Source of the DNA: Klebsormidium nitens
Taxonomy: Eukaryota; Plantae; Klebsormidiophyceae
DNA: 64,000 bases
Direction: 5' to 3'
Assembly (NCBI GenBank): GCA_000708835.1
Contig: DF237117.1
Coordinates: 99,870 to 163,869 of the forward strand
Of this stretch, positions 62,218 to 64,000 are shown one piece after another; the stretch's first letter is position 1, and every line of letters starts with the position of its first letter. The notes below the pieces were generated by a model that ran no database searches, had not been told where the DNA came from, and saw only the letters and a program-made list of their open reading frames with translations. A program made the position numbers and the translations under genes.

Positions 62218-62527
62218 GGAAGAGGCCGACATGGGCTATGGGGATTCACGGTTGCGATTGCGGACCGCGCAGTGTCCCCTGTTGCGGCCTTTAGTACAAG
62301 CACCAGCATGCCTCATGTTGATCCTGTCTTTGATGACAGGATTTGCCAAATTGTGATCGGACGGCGACTTGAAAGTGGCACGTGAGAGGTTATTTAATGA
62401 GCGTCTCGAGCAGAGGTTCAAGCCTTCAAAGCCGTACAAGAGCTGTTATATGAAGAATCAAGGCACCCAGTAAAAGAACTGGTACTTTGAGTTTTTTTTT
62501 TTTGCACCGTAACCAATAGTCGCATCC

Positions 62528-63079
62528 ATGGATAATATTCTTGGGTATCGCCCCCGCTCGCGCTCCGCAATCCTTGAGATGGATCGCTCTGTGCTACAGA
62601 GCGCTCGGTCAGCTATTGTAAGAAGCTATCAACAGTTTGGATTGCTTGAAACCGTTCTTGATGCTGCGGCTCTCGGCGGCATGCGAGCGCTTACCGAACC
62701 GCATGATCCGGGCCACATAACCAGAGCGCTCGTGCGATCATTGGTTGCCGAGGGTTTTGATGCCTTCTGGGACAAGACGGGGTTGAACGGGCCGTACGGT
62801 GTGAAAGTGAGTTGGCGAAGCGCCTTGAATCGCGCAACTCAAGCACGACGCCGTGCACGGAAGTTGCGAGTTAGAACGGCACATACAAACGAGCACGATA
62901 CGGAGGCGTCATCTCCCAAAATTTGCGCAACACCAAGAGCGATCTCCCCATCCTATTCGTGTCGCGCCCCAAGTATCATTTGGGACGACAGCGAGCCGCT
63001 TCTGGGGCTTGAAATGTTGGCAAACCCGTCAAAGGCTCGAGTGGCTCACGAAGCCTCTGAAAACACGTCGCCCAGATAA
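62528..63079 (+). CDS. Hypothetical protein (183 aa)
   Basis: ATG-started intronless ORF between HIRAN and the recombinase; no family recognised. Confidence 0.4.
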   Translation: MDNILGYRPRSRSAILEMDRSVLQSARSAIVRSYQQFGLLETVLDAAALGGMRALTEPHDPGHITRALVRSLVAEGFDAFWDKTGLNGPYGVKVSWRSALNRATQARRRARKLRVRTAHTNEHDTEASSPKICATPRAISPSYSCRAPSIIWDDSEPLLGLEMLANPSKARVAHEASENTSPR

Positions 63080-63345
63080 CAAGAATGCGCCAAAAGAGCC
63101 CATTTTGCAATTCTGTACACCTCCAGTCACAGTATCCAAAGCTAGTGTATTTTGCGCGCAAAATGGAGTAGCCATCTTGCTTTTCTGGCGGGTTCTACAG
63201 GCTCTCATAACCGTTTTCACTGTTAAAAGCTGCTACACATCTCAATTTCGTACGATCAATTTTGAACGTGGTCATTCATGGTATCTGGAATTGAGGACGT
63301 TCGGATGGTCAAAAAAAAATTAGCAGTATCCAGATAACGTGAAAC

Positions 63346-64000
63346 ATGCACGGGCCTATTGAAAGCACGAGACATATAACCACCGTAACCCAAGGGGAAA
63401 GGCTTCTGCGCTCGGCATTCGATGATGGCACTCGAAAGGATTTGACGATTCAACAATATATCAATCATGTTATGCGCTTGTTTCAAGGGTTCAAACGGCA
63501 ACAAGACTTTACCAGCTTTGATTGGATCAAGGATGCCGACGGGATCATCAATTATTTTCAAGAAGCGTATCCCATCAAGCTATCAATGCAGGCCACTGGA
63601 ATTAACCCGCTCCTTGTGATAGCGCGCAAAGCATTCCCCGATGACAAACAGCTCTATGATGCCTATTACAAGCGGTACATGGAGGTTCGAAAGCTTATGG
63701 AAGATGCGAAACCTCCTCCCCAGCAGTTGACAGAGCGGGAAGCGGCCAATTGGAAGACCTTGGACCAGATCAATGAACGCCGAAAGGAGCTGCAAAGGCA
63801 CGTGAATCGCAAGATTCTAAACAAGAATCCAAAAGATTTGTCCGATGAGGACAAAATTGTGCTTTTTCGCCATCTCATACTGTGCCTTTATAGCTATCAA
63901 CCAGCAATCCGAAATGACTACAGTGATTGCCCTATTGTGCGCTTGAAGGACACCCAAACGGCCAAGGCACGTGACATCATGTCTGGTTCCGGAAACTATC
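63346..64000 (+). CDS. Tyrosine recombinase/integrase of PLV/virophage/NCLDV type, N-terminal part (runs off the window; not in the ORF track)
   Basis: Hand translation from ATG 63346 is open to 64000: ...TIQQYINHVMRL...FDWIKDADGII...QQLTEREAANWKTLDQI...LILCLYSYQPAIRNDY...GNY. The LYxxxPxxRNDY segment fits the first catalytic Arg; H-x-x-R and Tyr motifs would lie beyond the edge. Confidence 0.7.
   Translation, partial: MHGPIESTRHITTVTQGERLLRSAFDDGTRKDLTIQQYINHVMRLFQGFKRQQDFTSFDWIKDADGIINYFQEAYPIKLSMQATGINPLLVIARKAFPDDKQLYDAYYKRYMEVRKLMEDAKPPPQQLTEREAANWKTLDQINERRKELQRHVNRKILNKNPKDLSDEDKIVLFRHLILCLYSYQPAIRNDYSDCPIVRLKDTQTAKARDIMSGSGNY

Larger units (their letters stand above)
46200..64000. 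mobile_element. Putative large virus-like mobile element or endogenous viral region (primase-helicase + HIRAN + tyrosine recombinase); boundaries not defined
   Basis: Clustering of replication and integration genes of NCLDV/Polinton-like-virus type, phage-like ORFs, an EsV-1-7-like Cys motif and a private repeat family. No capsid gene or terminus is seen in the window; the left coordinate is a guess. Confidence 0.55.

Noticed and set aside
1-64000. tRNA or rRNA genes
   Set aside because: No T-loop/D-loop consensus or rRNA-like segment was recognised by eye; a tRNAscan or Infernal run would be needed to exclude them formally.

Overview
Eukaryotic genomic DNA with spliceosomal GT-AG introns, GC-rich exons and two N gaps. 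Style and the flagellar genes suggest a flagellated alga, possibly a charophyte such as Klebsormidium (inference only). Left part (1-36.3 kb) holds three host genes that I could splice in frame by hand: a 13-exon ALDH1L-type 10-formyl-THF dehydrogenase (-), a 7-exon B9D1 (-) and a 21-exon CFAP43 (+), the last two head-to-head. Many introns of ALDH1L and CFAP43 carry tandem partial copies ('echoes') of the neighbouring exon end together with its splice site. Several echoes differ from the real exon almost only at synonymous positions, which neutral decay does not explain. Right part (37-64 kb) is accessory DNA. It has a TTAA-flanked piggyBac-like MITE and a spliced Crinkler-like Ubl-NTPase-REase gene broken by a 7-nt duplication. 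It also has a virus-like replicative/integrative region: a palindromic tandem repeat array, a 15-exon AEP primase-Zn finger-UL9-like helicase fusion with intronless antisense ORFs nested in its introns, a HIRAN ORF, and a tyrosine-recombinase ORF that is missing from the ORF track and runs off the right edge. All family assignments come from motif recognition by eye; no database search was run.
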